The notes under the pieces: generated by a model | Databases searched by the model: none | What the model was told of the DNA's origin: nothing | Seen by the model: the letters and a program-made list of their open reading frames with translations, nothing else | Position numbers and translations under genes: made by a program | Shown here: positions 11,827 to 19,572 of the stretch, in pieces | Layout: every line of letters begins with the position of its first letter | Position numbering within the stretch: the stretch's first letter is position 1 | DNA from: Methylotenera sp. | Lineage (GTDB): Bacteria; Pseudomonadota; Gammaproteobacteria; Burkholderiales; Methylophilaceae | Direction: 5' to 3' | Length of the DNA: 64,000 bases | NCBI GenBank assembly: GCA_040079935.1 | Contig: JBEBJI010000006.1 | Span: 17,077 to 81,076 of the forward strand

Positions 11827-12153
11827 ATGGCGCGACGTAAGCATCACAACGTGTATGTGATTGAGCTATCGAAAGATGTACTTTTTGAGGGCAAGTTTAA
11901 AAAGTGTAACCCGAATTACATAAGTGGAAAGCCCTGCGTGTATGTGGGCATGACGGGTTTAGACCCCGATGTGCGTTTTGATAAGCACAAGGCGGGCATT
12001 CAATCTAACCGTTACGTAATGCAATATGGCCTGCGCCTGCTGCCTGATTTGTATGAAGGTTTTAACCCCATGACGTATGACGAAGCGGTTGCCATGGAAA
12101 TTGAAATTGGCATTGATTTGCGTAGCGCGGGCTTTGGCGTTTGGCAAGCATAA
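11827..12153 (+). CDS. Small GIY-YIG-like nuclease-fold protein
   Basis: VYVIEL...CVYVGMT, RFDKHKAG and a C-terminal Glu helix (EAVAMEIE). Confidence 0.65.
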   Translation: MARRKHHNVYVIELSKDVLFEGKFKKCNPNYISGKPCVYVGMTGLDPDVRFDKHKAGIQSNRYVMQYGLRLLPDLYEGFNPMTYDEAVAMEIEIGIDLRSAGFGVWQA

Positions 12154-12171
12154 GTTTGCAGGCTTAATTAA

Positions 12172-12429
12172 TTACTTTTTTGCTTTTTCTTCGTCTTTTG
12201 CTTTTTGTTTTTCTAGTTTTTCGTTCAATTTGCGTCTTTCTTCGCGCCATTCTGCTAACTGTTCATCTTCCAGCTCCAGCTGAATCGCCAGCGCTTCTAG
12301 CTCTGTGATTTTTTCATCCTCTGCTCTACGTGAGAGCTTATTACGCATGCGGCTGTGCAGGCGCTCTACTTGCTCCTTACTTAGTTTTTTTACTTTTTCC
12401 AGGTACTGGTCGTCCGCCTTTTTTTTCAT
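12172..12429 (-). CDS. Hypothetical charged coiled-coil protein
   Basis: 85 aa ORF, E/K/R-rich, preceded by a GAGGGGA RBS. Confidence 0.7.
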   Translation of the reverse strand: MKKKADDQYLEKVKKLSKEQVERLHSRMRNKLSRRAEDEKITELEALAIQLELEDEQLAEWREERRKLNEKLEKQKAKDEEKAKK

Positions 12430-12627
12430 TTTCCATATCCCCTCAACTTTTTTATAGGTAAAAATTTACAGCGAAAAATTATTGCAAGTATAGGCGATAG
12501 AAAGTTTATTTGTGTGACAGTTTTGTGACAAAGAACTAGTTGTTAATTACTTGAATTAAATCATAATTAACGTATGATTAAACGGTTTATACGGTTTTAA
12601 TTTAAGTTTTATATTTTGGGGCAAAGC

Positions 12628-13233
12628 ATGAAAAATATTTTAATCGCCAACCCAAAAGGCGGTAGCGGAAAAAGCACGCTGGCGACTAACTTGGCTGGCT
12701 ATTTTGCCATGCGCGGCAAACAGGTATTGCTGGAAGATTTAGACCGTCAGCAATCGTCAGCCAATTGGCTGGAGCGCCGCCCCGCCGATGCGCCGCAAAT
12801 TTATTCCAACAGTAAAAAAGCGGAAAAGTTAGATTGGGTTATTACCGATTCACCCGCTGGCTTGCGCGATGACAAGCTGACCGATGCAGTGAAAGCCGCC
12901 GATTGCGTGATTGTGCCAATTCAGCCTTCTGCGTTTGATATTGGCGCCACCAGCGATTTTTTGCAGGTACTGGCGGCAGAAAAAAGCATACGCAAAAATA
13001 AGACTTTTGTGGCGCTGGTTGGCATGCGGGTTAGTATGCGCACGAATTCTGCAGTAAAACTGGCAGAATTTATGCAACAGGCTGATTTACCTGTGTTGGC
13101 TTATCTGCGTAACACGCAAGTGTATGTAACTGCCGCTGAGCAAGGCCTGAGCCTATTTGATATGCGCCCTTCGCTGGTGGAACAAGAGATTGCACAGTGG
13201 AAGCGCCTGCTGCAATGGGTTGCAAAAATTTAA
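12628..13233 (+). CDS. Orphan ParA-family ATPase
   Basis: NPKGGSGKST deviant Walker A, DLDRQQS, DSPAG; ATG at 12628 preferred. Confidence 0.9.
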   Translation: MKNILIANPKGGSGKSTLATNLAGYFAMRGKQVLLEDLDRQQSSANWLERRPADAPQIYSNSKKAEKLDWVITDSPAGLRDDKLTDAVKAADCVIVPIQPSAFDIGATSDFLQVLAAEKSIRKNKTFVALVGMRVSMRTNSAVKLAEFMQQADLPVLAYLRNTQVYVTAAEQGLSLFDMRPSLVEQEIAQWKRLLQWVAKI

Positions 13234-13268
13234 CGCGAATTTAAATTTAGATTTAATCTTAAAAACTC

Positions 13269-13307
13269 CTGCCCTGTAGCCCGCATGGAGATTGCCTCTC
13301 AGGGCAT
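13269..13307 (+). repeat. 39-bp palindromic repeat, intergenic copy
   Basis: CTGCCCTGTAGCCC GCATGGAGATT GCCTCTCAGGGCAT. Confidence 0.85.
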
Positions 13308-13354
13308 TATTCCAGCTTCTTAAAGTCATTAAAATCAATATAAATCGGTGCATT

Positions 13355-13371
13355 TGCACCTAATCTGTGCG
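13355..13371. promoter_or_regulatory. NtrC-like enhancer site
   Basis: TGCACCTAATCTGTGCG vs consensus TGCACCAWWWTGGTGCA, about 90 bp upstream of a sigma54 promoter. Confidence 0.6.
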
Positions 13372-13459
13372 CGCTTTGTGCAGTTTATTCACTTTGTAAA
13401 AATGGTAAATAATCAATTTTATTATTTAAATTCAATTGGTTATCTATCTAATCTATCTT

Positions 13460-13475
13460 TGGCACAGCCTTTGCT
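13460..13475 (+). promoter_or_regulatory. sigma54 (-24/-12) promoter
   Basis: TGGCAC-AGCCT-TTGCT. Confidence 0.85.
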
Positions 13476-13513
13476 AAGCTAATTATGATTCGCTTGAATT
13501 GATGGGATGCGAT

Positions 13514-13681
13514 ATGGCAATTTACCAAGTACTAGATGAAAACAATTACTTTTTGAAACAGTTTCAGGAACATGAAGCGGCAATAAAATGTTCTGAAATA
13601 TTAACTGAGCTTTTTCCTAATCACCAATATCATATTGAAGAGCTGGTTTGGGATGAGCCTAAATATGCAGAACAGAGCTGA
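13514..13681 (+). CDS. Small hypothetical protein (55 aa)
   Basis: First ORF after the sigma54 promoter, MAIYQVLDENNYFLKQF...; start codon choice uncertain. Confidence 0.6.
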   Translation: MAIYQVLDENNYFLKQFQEHEAAIKCSEILTELFPNHQYHIEELVWDEPKYAEQS

Positions 13682-13702
13682 ACGAAAAAAATAAGGAACA
13701 AA

Positions 13703-14128
13703 TTGATGTTATTGAATATGTTTGCAAGTAAATTTATCGAAGATGCAGAAGCTAAGCCAGAAGCCGCACCTGCGCTAGACCTTAAGCATGCGCTGGAGAT
13801 TCACCATGTGTTGAATGACAAGCTGCAGAAAGTACTGGAAGGTAATAAAGATGTTAATTTGGATGTGGCTTTGGTATCGCAAGATCACTTATGCACGATA
13901 GGCAAATGGCTTTATGGTGAAGGTAAAAGTTTATATGCACATTTGCCTGAATATGAATCTATGCGCAAAGTGCATGCAGAGTTGCATTCATGTGCTGGCG
14001 AGGTGCTGGCGGAACACCAAATTGGTAATATAGATTATGCGGAAGTGTTGTTTAAAACCAAATTCCGCACAGTTTCTAACAAGAACAAAATGGAATTTAC
14101 ACGTTTATTTAGAGCCGCCAACCGCTAA
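13703..14128 (+). CDS. Stand-alone CZB (chemoreceptor zinc-binding) domain protein
   Basis: DHLCTIGKWLY and HAELH motifs; AAGGA RBS favours ATG at 13706. Confidence 0.85.
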   Translation: MMLLNMFASKFIEDAEAKPEAAPALDLKHALEIHHVLNDKLQKVLEGNKDVNLDVALVSQDHLCTIGKWLYGEGKSLYAHLPEYESMRKVHAELHSCAGEVLAEHQIGNIDYAEVLFKTKFRTVSNKNKMEFTRLFRAANR

Positions 14129-14377
14129 TTAACGATGCTTTAATTTTAGATAAAGCACGGCGCAAGAAAGCACAAAAGTTACCACGTTTGCCAGAATAAT
14201 CGGCCAACTCATAATCATAAAGCCATAGACAATCCAACCCGCTACACCCAAGCTGAATATGCCGTACATGGGCAGTGAGACGCCTGATAAATCGCGGGTT
14301 TTCCACGAATGATAGGCTTGCGGCACAAATGCAAACGTGGTTAAAAATGCTGAAAAAAAGCCTATCGTTTCTGTCAT
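14129..14377 (-). CDS. SemiSWEET/PQ-loop transporter
   Basis: 82 aa, three TM helices, TTFAFVPQ, KTRDLSGVS, ANVVT. Confidence 0.9.
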   Translation of the reverse strand: MTETIGFFSAFLTTFAFVPQAYHSWKTRDLSGVSLPMYGIFSLGVAGWIVYGFMIMSWPIILANVVTFVLSCAVLYLKLKHR

Positions 14378-14413
14378 GCCTAATATCCTAATGAATGTAT
14401 CCTAAAGACGCCA

Positions 14414-15238
14414 TTAATGATGAAAAGTAATCCAATCGGTGTGTATCTTATCCCAATCTTGCAAGCTTAAACCAAGCGTAGTAAATAGTTCTCGAATCTG
14501 TTGCGATTCCCATTTCAGTACATCTTCCAAAATCGGCACTAACACGCTAACTGCGTTATCACTCAGCACGGTTCTATTGGCAATGCGGCCGATAGATTTG
14601 GTCTCTGAAACAGCAATAGTATGGCCGTCGCGGCTGTTCAAATCGTGCATGACATAAAGGTCTGAGCTGCCATCACCAATATAAATGACGCGATCGGAGC
14701 TCATTTGCAGTTTAAGTTCTAGCTCTTGCAGCACCGCCACCTTGCCGCTGCCTGCTGGCACGTGCAGCACGGCGCAAATCTCGCCTGTATTGGCATCAAA
14801 TTCGAACTCAGAACCAAAGATATTTTCAGGGGGAAAAATGCCTTCTAACGCCGAGCGCACTACTTCGCGCGGACCTGCAGAAATCACGAAAAACTGAAAG
14901 TGATAGCCATCTAAACCTGCTTTTAAAATCTCTGCGAGTAATTTCACATTGTCTTTAAGGCGAACGCGCTTGCCAGTTTCTATTAAGTGCTCAAGCCGAA
15001 CGCCCCGAAACGCAGGGTCGTGCCTTAGCAAATAAGCCAACTCTGCGCCCTGCTTAACAAAGTTAGAGCGCGCAAGACCAGCGACTTTGTCTTCAAAATC
15101 GGCAATGCCCATCATCTCTGCCAATACTGCGCCTGAATCGTTGAAGCTTAAAGTCTGATCAAAGTCGCTGGCAACCAAGTAATCAATGGTGGTTTCATGT
15201 TTGGCCATATTCAGCTTCATGTCTTTTATGCCTGTCAA
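14414..15238 (-). CDS. HAD-family hydrolase/phosphatase
   Basis: DFDQTL motif I, ISAG motif II, GK, YIGDGSSD motif IV. Confidence 0.85.
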   Translation of the reverse strand: MTGIKDMKLNMAKHETTIDYLVASDFDQTLSFNDSGAVLAEMMGIADFEDKVAGLARSNFVKQGAELAYLLRHDPAFRGVRLEHLIETGKRVRLKDNVKLLAEILKAGLDGYHFQFFVISAGPREVVRSALEGIFPPENIFGSEFEFDANTGEICAVLHVPAGSGKVAVLQELELKLQMSSDRVIYIGDGSSDLYVMHDLNSRDGHTIAVSETKSIGRIANRTVLSDNAVSVLVPILEDVLKWESQQIRELFTTLGLSLQDWDKIHTDWITFHH

Positions 15239-15281
15239 ATGAAATGAATTTACTCACTTTAAAAATACTTAAGAACATATC

Positions 15282-15298
15282 AGCACAAGTTGTGCCAA
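15282..15298 (-). promoter_or_regulatory. sigma54 promoter for the HAD gene
   Basis: Minus strand TTGGCAC-AACTT-GTGCT, GG-N10-GC spacing kept, non-canonical GTGC at -12. Confidence 0.6.
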
Positions 15299-15396
15299 CC
15301 TTAATTTTAAAAATTAAATAGCCACAAACCCTTTTTAAATAAAGGCTTTCAGCTTAGTTTAACGTTTAAATTTTACTGTTGTGTGACAAAAAATTA

Positions 15397-15480
15397 CGCA
15401 TACTTGATGTGCATGGGCAGTAAAACGGTGCATTGGCTAAAGTGACTACTAATTTAGTGCGTCCGCACTTATTTTGTGCA
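15397..15480. promoter_or_regulatory. Array of four NtrC-like sites
   Basis: 17-mers CGCATACTTGATGTGCA (15397), GGCAGTAAAACGGTGCA (15416), ACTACTAATTTAGTGCG (15445), CGCACTTATTTTGTGCA (15464). Confidence 0.7.
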
Positions 15481-15536
15481 GACGCGTCTTGTTTATTTAA
15501 GTGCTGGCGTAATTAAATTGTTAATATTTAATTATA

Positions 15537-15549
15537 AATCAATTGCTTA
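15537..15549 (+). promoter_or_regulatory. IHF site
   Basis: AATCAATTGCTTA is an exact WATCAANNNNTTR match between enhancer and sigma54 promoter. Confidence 0.7.
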
Positions 15550-15566
15550 GTATGAAATTTTATACA

Positions 15567-15582
15567 TGGCACAGCGCTTGCT
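15567..15582 (+). promoter_or_regulatory. sigma54 promoter of nasT
   Basis: TGGCAC-AGCGC-TTGCT. Confidence 0.85.
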
Positions 15583-15593
15583 AAGGCTATCCT

Positions 15594-16172
15594 ATGCTTA
15601 AAGTGATGATTGTCGATAATGATATAAAACGTAGCAAACCCTTAAAGCAATCGTTAATTGACAATGGGTTTGATGTAGTGGCACATGTTGAGAATGACAT
15701 CCACTTACAAGCCAAGTGTTGCGAGATTCAACCAGATGTGGTGATTATTGATACCGAATCGCCGAGCCGTGACACGCTAGAGAATATTTGTGTAATGAGT
15801 ATGCATGACCCACGCCCAATTGTGATGTTTACGCATGATGGCGATAAAGAAAAAATTAAGTCTGCTACGCAAGCGGGAGTAAGCGCTTATGTGGTGGGGA
15901 CGATTCCGAATGAAAGGTTAACACCAGTGATTGATGCAGCAATAGCGAGGTTTGAAGAATTTAAACATTTACGCAACGAGTTGGCTTTAACTAAAAATAA
16001 ATTGGATGAACGCAAAGTGGTTGAGCGCGCGAAGGGTTTGCTGATGAAACAACGTGGCTTAGATGAAGATGCGGCTTATGAGATGTTGCGTAATATGGCG
16101 ATGAAAAGGAATATGAAGTTGGCGGACTTATCGAGCCAGTTAATGGATGCAGCGAAATTGTTGATAATTTAA
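15594..16172 (+). CDS. nasT: ANTAR-domain antiterminator NasT
   Basis: REC-like N-terminus and C-terminal ANTAR (ERKVVERAKGLLM...AYEMLRNMAM); heads the nitrate cluster. Confidence 0.92.
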   Translation: MLKVMIVDNDIKRSKPLKQSLIDNGFDVVAHVENDIHLQAKCCEIQPDVVIIDTESPSRDTLENICVMSMHDPRPIVMFTHDGDKEKIKSATQAGVSAYVVGTIPNERLTPVIDAAIARFEEFKHLRNELALTKNKLDERKVVERAKGLLMKQRGLDEDAAYEMLRNMAMKRNMKLADLSSQLMDAAKLLII

Positions 16173-16193
16173 AAGATTTAGAATGCTAGCTTG

Positions 16194-16324
16194 CGTCCAA
16201 TGGCGGATGTAATCCTAGCGAGCAAATGTTAGAACAAGCGCATCAACGTTGATGCGCCGTAAGTAAATAAGACAAAGGCGTCTTAATTGTAGGGATATTT
16301 CCTTACTTTTAAGGCGCTTTTTTT
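16194..16324 (+). promoter_or_regulatory. ANTAR leader: three hexaloop hairpins and overlapping terminator
   Basis: CGTCC-AATGGC-GGATG, GCGCATC-AACGTT-GATGCGC, AAGAC-AAAGGC-GTCTT (all loops A1/G4); the third overlaps the AAGGCGTCTTAA...TTAAGGCGCTT-T-tract terminator. Confidence 0.88.
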
Positions 16325-16363
16325 ATGGGTAGCTTTTTAGTGTATTTTTAATAGGAGTTAAGA

Positions 16364-17659
16364 ATGAGTAAAGAAACCAAAGGGAAAACAATAGCAAACA
16401 CTGCAGAAGTAATGGTGGACGCGAGTCGCCGCAATTTTTTCAAACACAGTATTGCAGGTGCTTTTGGTGCAGCTGCGATGATGAATATATTACCCGCAGG
16501 AGTGAGAAGTATGGCTTACGCAGCAGGTTCAGACGCACCTGAAATCACCGAAGTTAAGATTGGCTTTATTCCACTGACTGACTGCGCGCCGATTATCGTG
16601 GCGGCCGAAATGGGTTTCGACAAAAAATATGGTATCAAAATTGTGCCAAGCAAAGAGGCCAGCTGGGCGGCGATTCGCGATAAAACAGTAAATGGCGAGC
16701 TACATGCCGCGCACGTACTATATGGCTTGATATATGGCGTGCAGCTTGGTATTGGCGGCCAGCAAAAAGATATGTCAGTACTAATGACTTTAAACCATAA
16801 CGGTCAGGGTATTACGCTTTCTAATCAGCTAAAAGATAAAGGCGTAAAAGATGGTAAATCTCTTAAACGCGTGATGGCGAACGAAAATCGTGACTTTACT
16901 TTCGCACAGACTTTTCCCACAGGTACGCACGCGATGTGGCTTAACTACTGGCTTGCAGCCAATGGTATCGACCCAGTTAAAGATGTAAAAAATATCGTTG
17001 TACCACCACCGCAAATGGTCGCCAATATGCGTATTGGCAATATGGATGGCTACTGCGTGGGTGAGCCGTGGAATGCGCGGGCGATTTACGACAAAATTGG
17101 CTACACCGTTGCGACATCGCAAGATATTTGGGTAGATCATCCGGAAAAAGTATTAGGTGCCACCGCTGAATTCGTAGCAAAAAATCCAAATACAGCGCGC
17201 GCCATGATGATGGCTATTTTAGAAGCCAGCAAGTTTATTGATGCAACTGCAAACCGCGCCAAAGTGGCGGAATTAATCTCTGGTAAAGCCTATGTAAATG
17301 CACCAAAAGACGTGATTTTAGGCCGCTTCTTGGGTGATTATGACAACGGTAACGGCAAAAAATGGAAAGACCCTAACTTCATGAAGTTTTACGACGATGG
17401 CAAAGTGCCCTTCCCTTACCTGTCAGACGGCATGTGGTTCTTAACGCAGCACAAACGTTGGGGCATGTTGAAATCTGACCCTGATTATTTAGGCATTGCC
17501 AAAAAAGTAAACCAAATTGAGCTTTACAGTCAAGCTGCAAGCCAAGTTGGGGTAAGCGTACCGAAAGACCCAATGCGCAGCTCTAAACTAATGGACGGCA
17601 TTGTGTGGGATGGCAGCAATCCTGCGGCTTACGCGGCTGGATTCAAAATTAAAGCCTAA
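16364..17659 (+). CDS. nrtA: Nitrate/nitrite ABC transporter substrate-binding protein (NrtA/NasF)
   Basis: Tat motif SRRNFFK; GFIPLTDCAP, TFPTGTHAMWL, GYCVGEPWN. Confidence 0.93.
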   Translation: MSKETKGKTIANTAEVMVDASRRNFFKHSIAGAFGAAAMMNILPAGVRSMAYAAGSDAPEITEVKIGFIPLTDCAPIIVAAEMGFDKKYGIKIVPSKEASWAAIRDKTVNGELHAAHVLYGLIYGVQLGIGGQQKDMSVLMTLNHNGQGITLSNQLKDKGVKDGKSLKRVMANENRDFTFAQTFPTGTHAMWLNYWLAANGIDPVKDVKNIVVPPPQMVANMRIGNMDGYCVGEPWNARAIYDKIGYTVATSQDIWVDHPEKVLGATAEFVAKNPNTARAMMMAILEASKFIDATANRAKVAELISGKAYVNAPKDVILGRFLGDYDNGNGKKWKDPNFMKFYDDGKVPFPYLSDGMWFLTQHKRWGMLKSDPDYLGIAKKVNQIELYSQAASQVGVSVPKDPMRSSKLMDGIVWDGSNPAAYAAGFKIKA

Positions 17660-17688
17660 ATTTAAGCTTAAGTTAAGAGGAACCAAAA

Positions 17689-18681
17689 ATGAGCGCAGCT
17701 AGTATTGAAAAAGCCAGTATTCAAATAGAAAGTTTGGTGAGCACGATGGACGACATAAAACCTAATGTGAGCAAGGTGAGTAGCTTAGTGCCGCGCATTA
17801 AAAAAACCTATTCAGCTTTTGAAAAGGAATTGAAAATTAAGCGCGAAAACGATGCACAAGGCAAACCATCGTATGAAAACATTGTTCAACGAGATCCAAC
17901 CAAGCTAGAAATGCATACTAAAGCATTTTTTCAATGGTTTCTGCCACCGTTGTTTGGCTTATTGCTGTTGCTTGCGGTTTGGACCTTGATTTCACATCAA
18001 TCGCAAAATTTACCAGGGCCAATATCTACCTTCAATTCAGCGGTGATTTTGTTTAGCGATCCGTTTTATGTGAATGGTCCGAACGACCAAGGCATCGGGT
18101 GGAATATTGTTGCCTCTTTAAAACGAGTTGGCTTAGGCTTTGGTTTAGCGGCTCTAATCGGCATTCCGCTTGGCTTCTTAATTGGTCGCTTCCATTTTGT
18201 ATCCAATATGATGGCGCCCATTATCGGCATTTTAAAACCCGTTTCACCATTGGCTTGGTTGCCGATAGGTTTGCTGGTGTTTAAAGCTGCTAACCCTGCG
18301 GCTATTTGGGTGATTTTTATCTCTGCCGTGTGGCCATTGATTATTAATACTGCGGTGGGCGTTGCTAAAGTACCGCAGGATTATATGAACGTGGCTAAAG
18401 TGCTTAATTTAAGCGAGTGGAAAATTGCAACCAAGATACTGCTGCCTTTTGCGCTACCTTTTATCATGACTGGCGTGCGTCTTTCAATCGGTGTGGCTTG
18501 GCTGGTGATTGTTGCGGCAGAAATGCTCACAGGTGGTGTGGGTATTGGCTTCTGGGTGTGGGATGAATGGAATAACTTGAATGTTGAACACATCATTATT
18601 GCGATTGTTTTAGTGGGGATTATCGGCTTACTGTTAGAAACAATATTGACGCAACTTGCCAAAAAATTTAGCCATGAATAA
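17689..18681 (+). CDS. nrtB: Nitrate ABC transporter permease
   Basis: DNGPNDQGIG-like loop (VNGPNDQGIG), LKPVSPLAWLP, FWVWDEWN. Confidence 0.93.
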   Translation: MSAASIEKASIQIESLVSTMDDIKPNVSKVSSLVPRIKKTYSAFEKELKIKRENDAQGKPSYENIVQRDPTKLEMHTKAFFQWFLPPLFGLLLLLAVWTLISHQSQNLPGPISTFNSAVILFSDPFYVNGPNDQGIGWNIVASLKRVGLGFGLAALIGIPLGFLIGRFHFVSNMMAPIIGILKPVSPLAWLPIGLLVFKAANPAAIWVIFISAVWPLIINTAVGVAKVPQDYMNVAKVLNLSEWKIATKILLPFALPFIMTGVRLSIGVAWLVIVAAEMLTGGVGIGFWVWDEWNNLNVEHIIIAIVLVGIIGLLLETILTQLAKKFSHE

Positions 18682-18732
18682 GTCGATCACGAATAAGCAA
18701 TCTCAAATTAAAGAAATTTAGCTTAAGGAAAA

Positions 18733-19548
18733 ATGATGCAAAAAAATTCTAGAAATAACAATGAGCGCTACGTGCAATTAGAAAATGTCGGCATGCGCTT
18801 TGCCACTAAAAAAGGCGTATTTGAAGCCCTTAGAAACATTAACCTCAATATTAAACAAGGGGAGTTTGTCTCGATCATTGGGCATTCAGGTTGCGGGAAA
18901 TCTACCGTGCTTAATTTAATTGCTGGCTTGTTAGAACCGACCAGCGGCCACTTGTTTTGTGCTGGACGTGAGATTCACAAGCCAGGCCCAGAGCGCGCGG
19001 TGGTGTTTCAAAATCACTCACTCTTACCTTGGCTGACCTGCTTTGAGAACGTACATTTGGCGGTTGAGCGTGTGTTTAGCGACGAAACACAAGTGCAACA
19101 AGATTTACGTGCGATAGATGCGCTGGCGCTAGTGGGGTTGTCGCACGCCACAGATAAACGTCCAAGCGAAATTTCAGGAGGCATGAAGCAACGTGTAGGC
19201 ATTGCCAGAGCATTAGCGATGGAGCCCAAAGTCTTACTGCTGGATGAGCCATTTGGCGCACTGGATGCACTCACCCGCGCCAATCTGCAAGATGAGCTGA
19301 TGGCGATTATGGCCAAATCTGGCGCTACAGCAGTGATGGTGACGCACGACGTGGATGAAGCCGTGTTGCTATCTGACCGAATCGTAATGATGACCAACGG
19401 ACCAAGCGCTGAGATTGGTGAGATTTTAACGGTCGATTTGCCCAAACCGCGCAATCGCTTAGCACTGGCCGAAGATAAAGATTACAACCACTTACGCAGC
19501 GAGGTATTGCGCTTTTTATATGAGCGCCATGCCAAAAAAGTCGCTTAA
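18733..19548 (+). CDS. nrtD: Nitrate ABC transporter ATPase
   Basis: GHSGCGKST, ISGGMKQR, LLDEPFGALD, THDVDEA. Confidence 0.93.
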   Translation: MMQKNSRNNNERYVQLENVGMRFATKKGVFEALRNINLNIKQGEFVSIIGHSGCGKSTVLNLIAGLLEPTSGHLFCAGREIHKPGPERAVVFQNHSLLPWLTCFENVHLAVERVFSDETQVQQDLRAIDALALVGLSHATDKRPSEISGGMKQRVGIARALAMEPKVLLLDEPFGALDALTRANLQDELMAIMAKSGATAVMVTHDVDEAVLLSDRIVMMTNGPSAEIGEILTVDLPKPRNRLALAEDKDYNHLRSEVLRFLYERHAKKVA

Positions 19549-19572
19549 TTATTAAAAAATCATAAGGGAAAC

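Noticed and set aside
10295-13300. Prophage or integrative element at tRNA-Glu
   Set aside because: No integrase, phage gene or duplicated tRNA 3-prime end found in the window.
18523-18560. Partial repeat-like match in nrtB (similar weak matches in queG, glgC and the PQQ gene)
   Set aside because: Arms do not match and the codons belong to family-conserved motifs.
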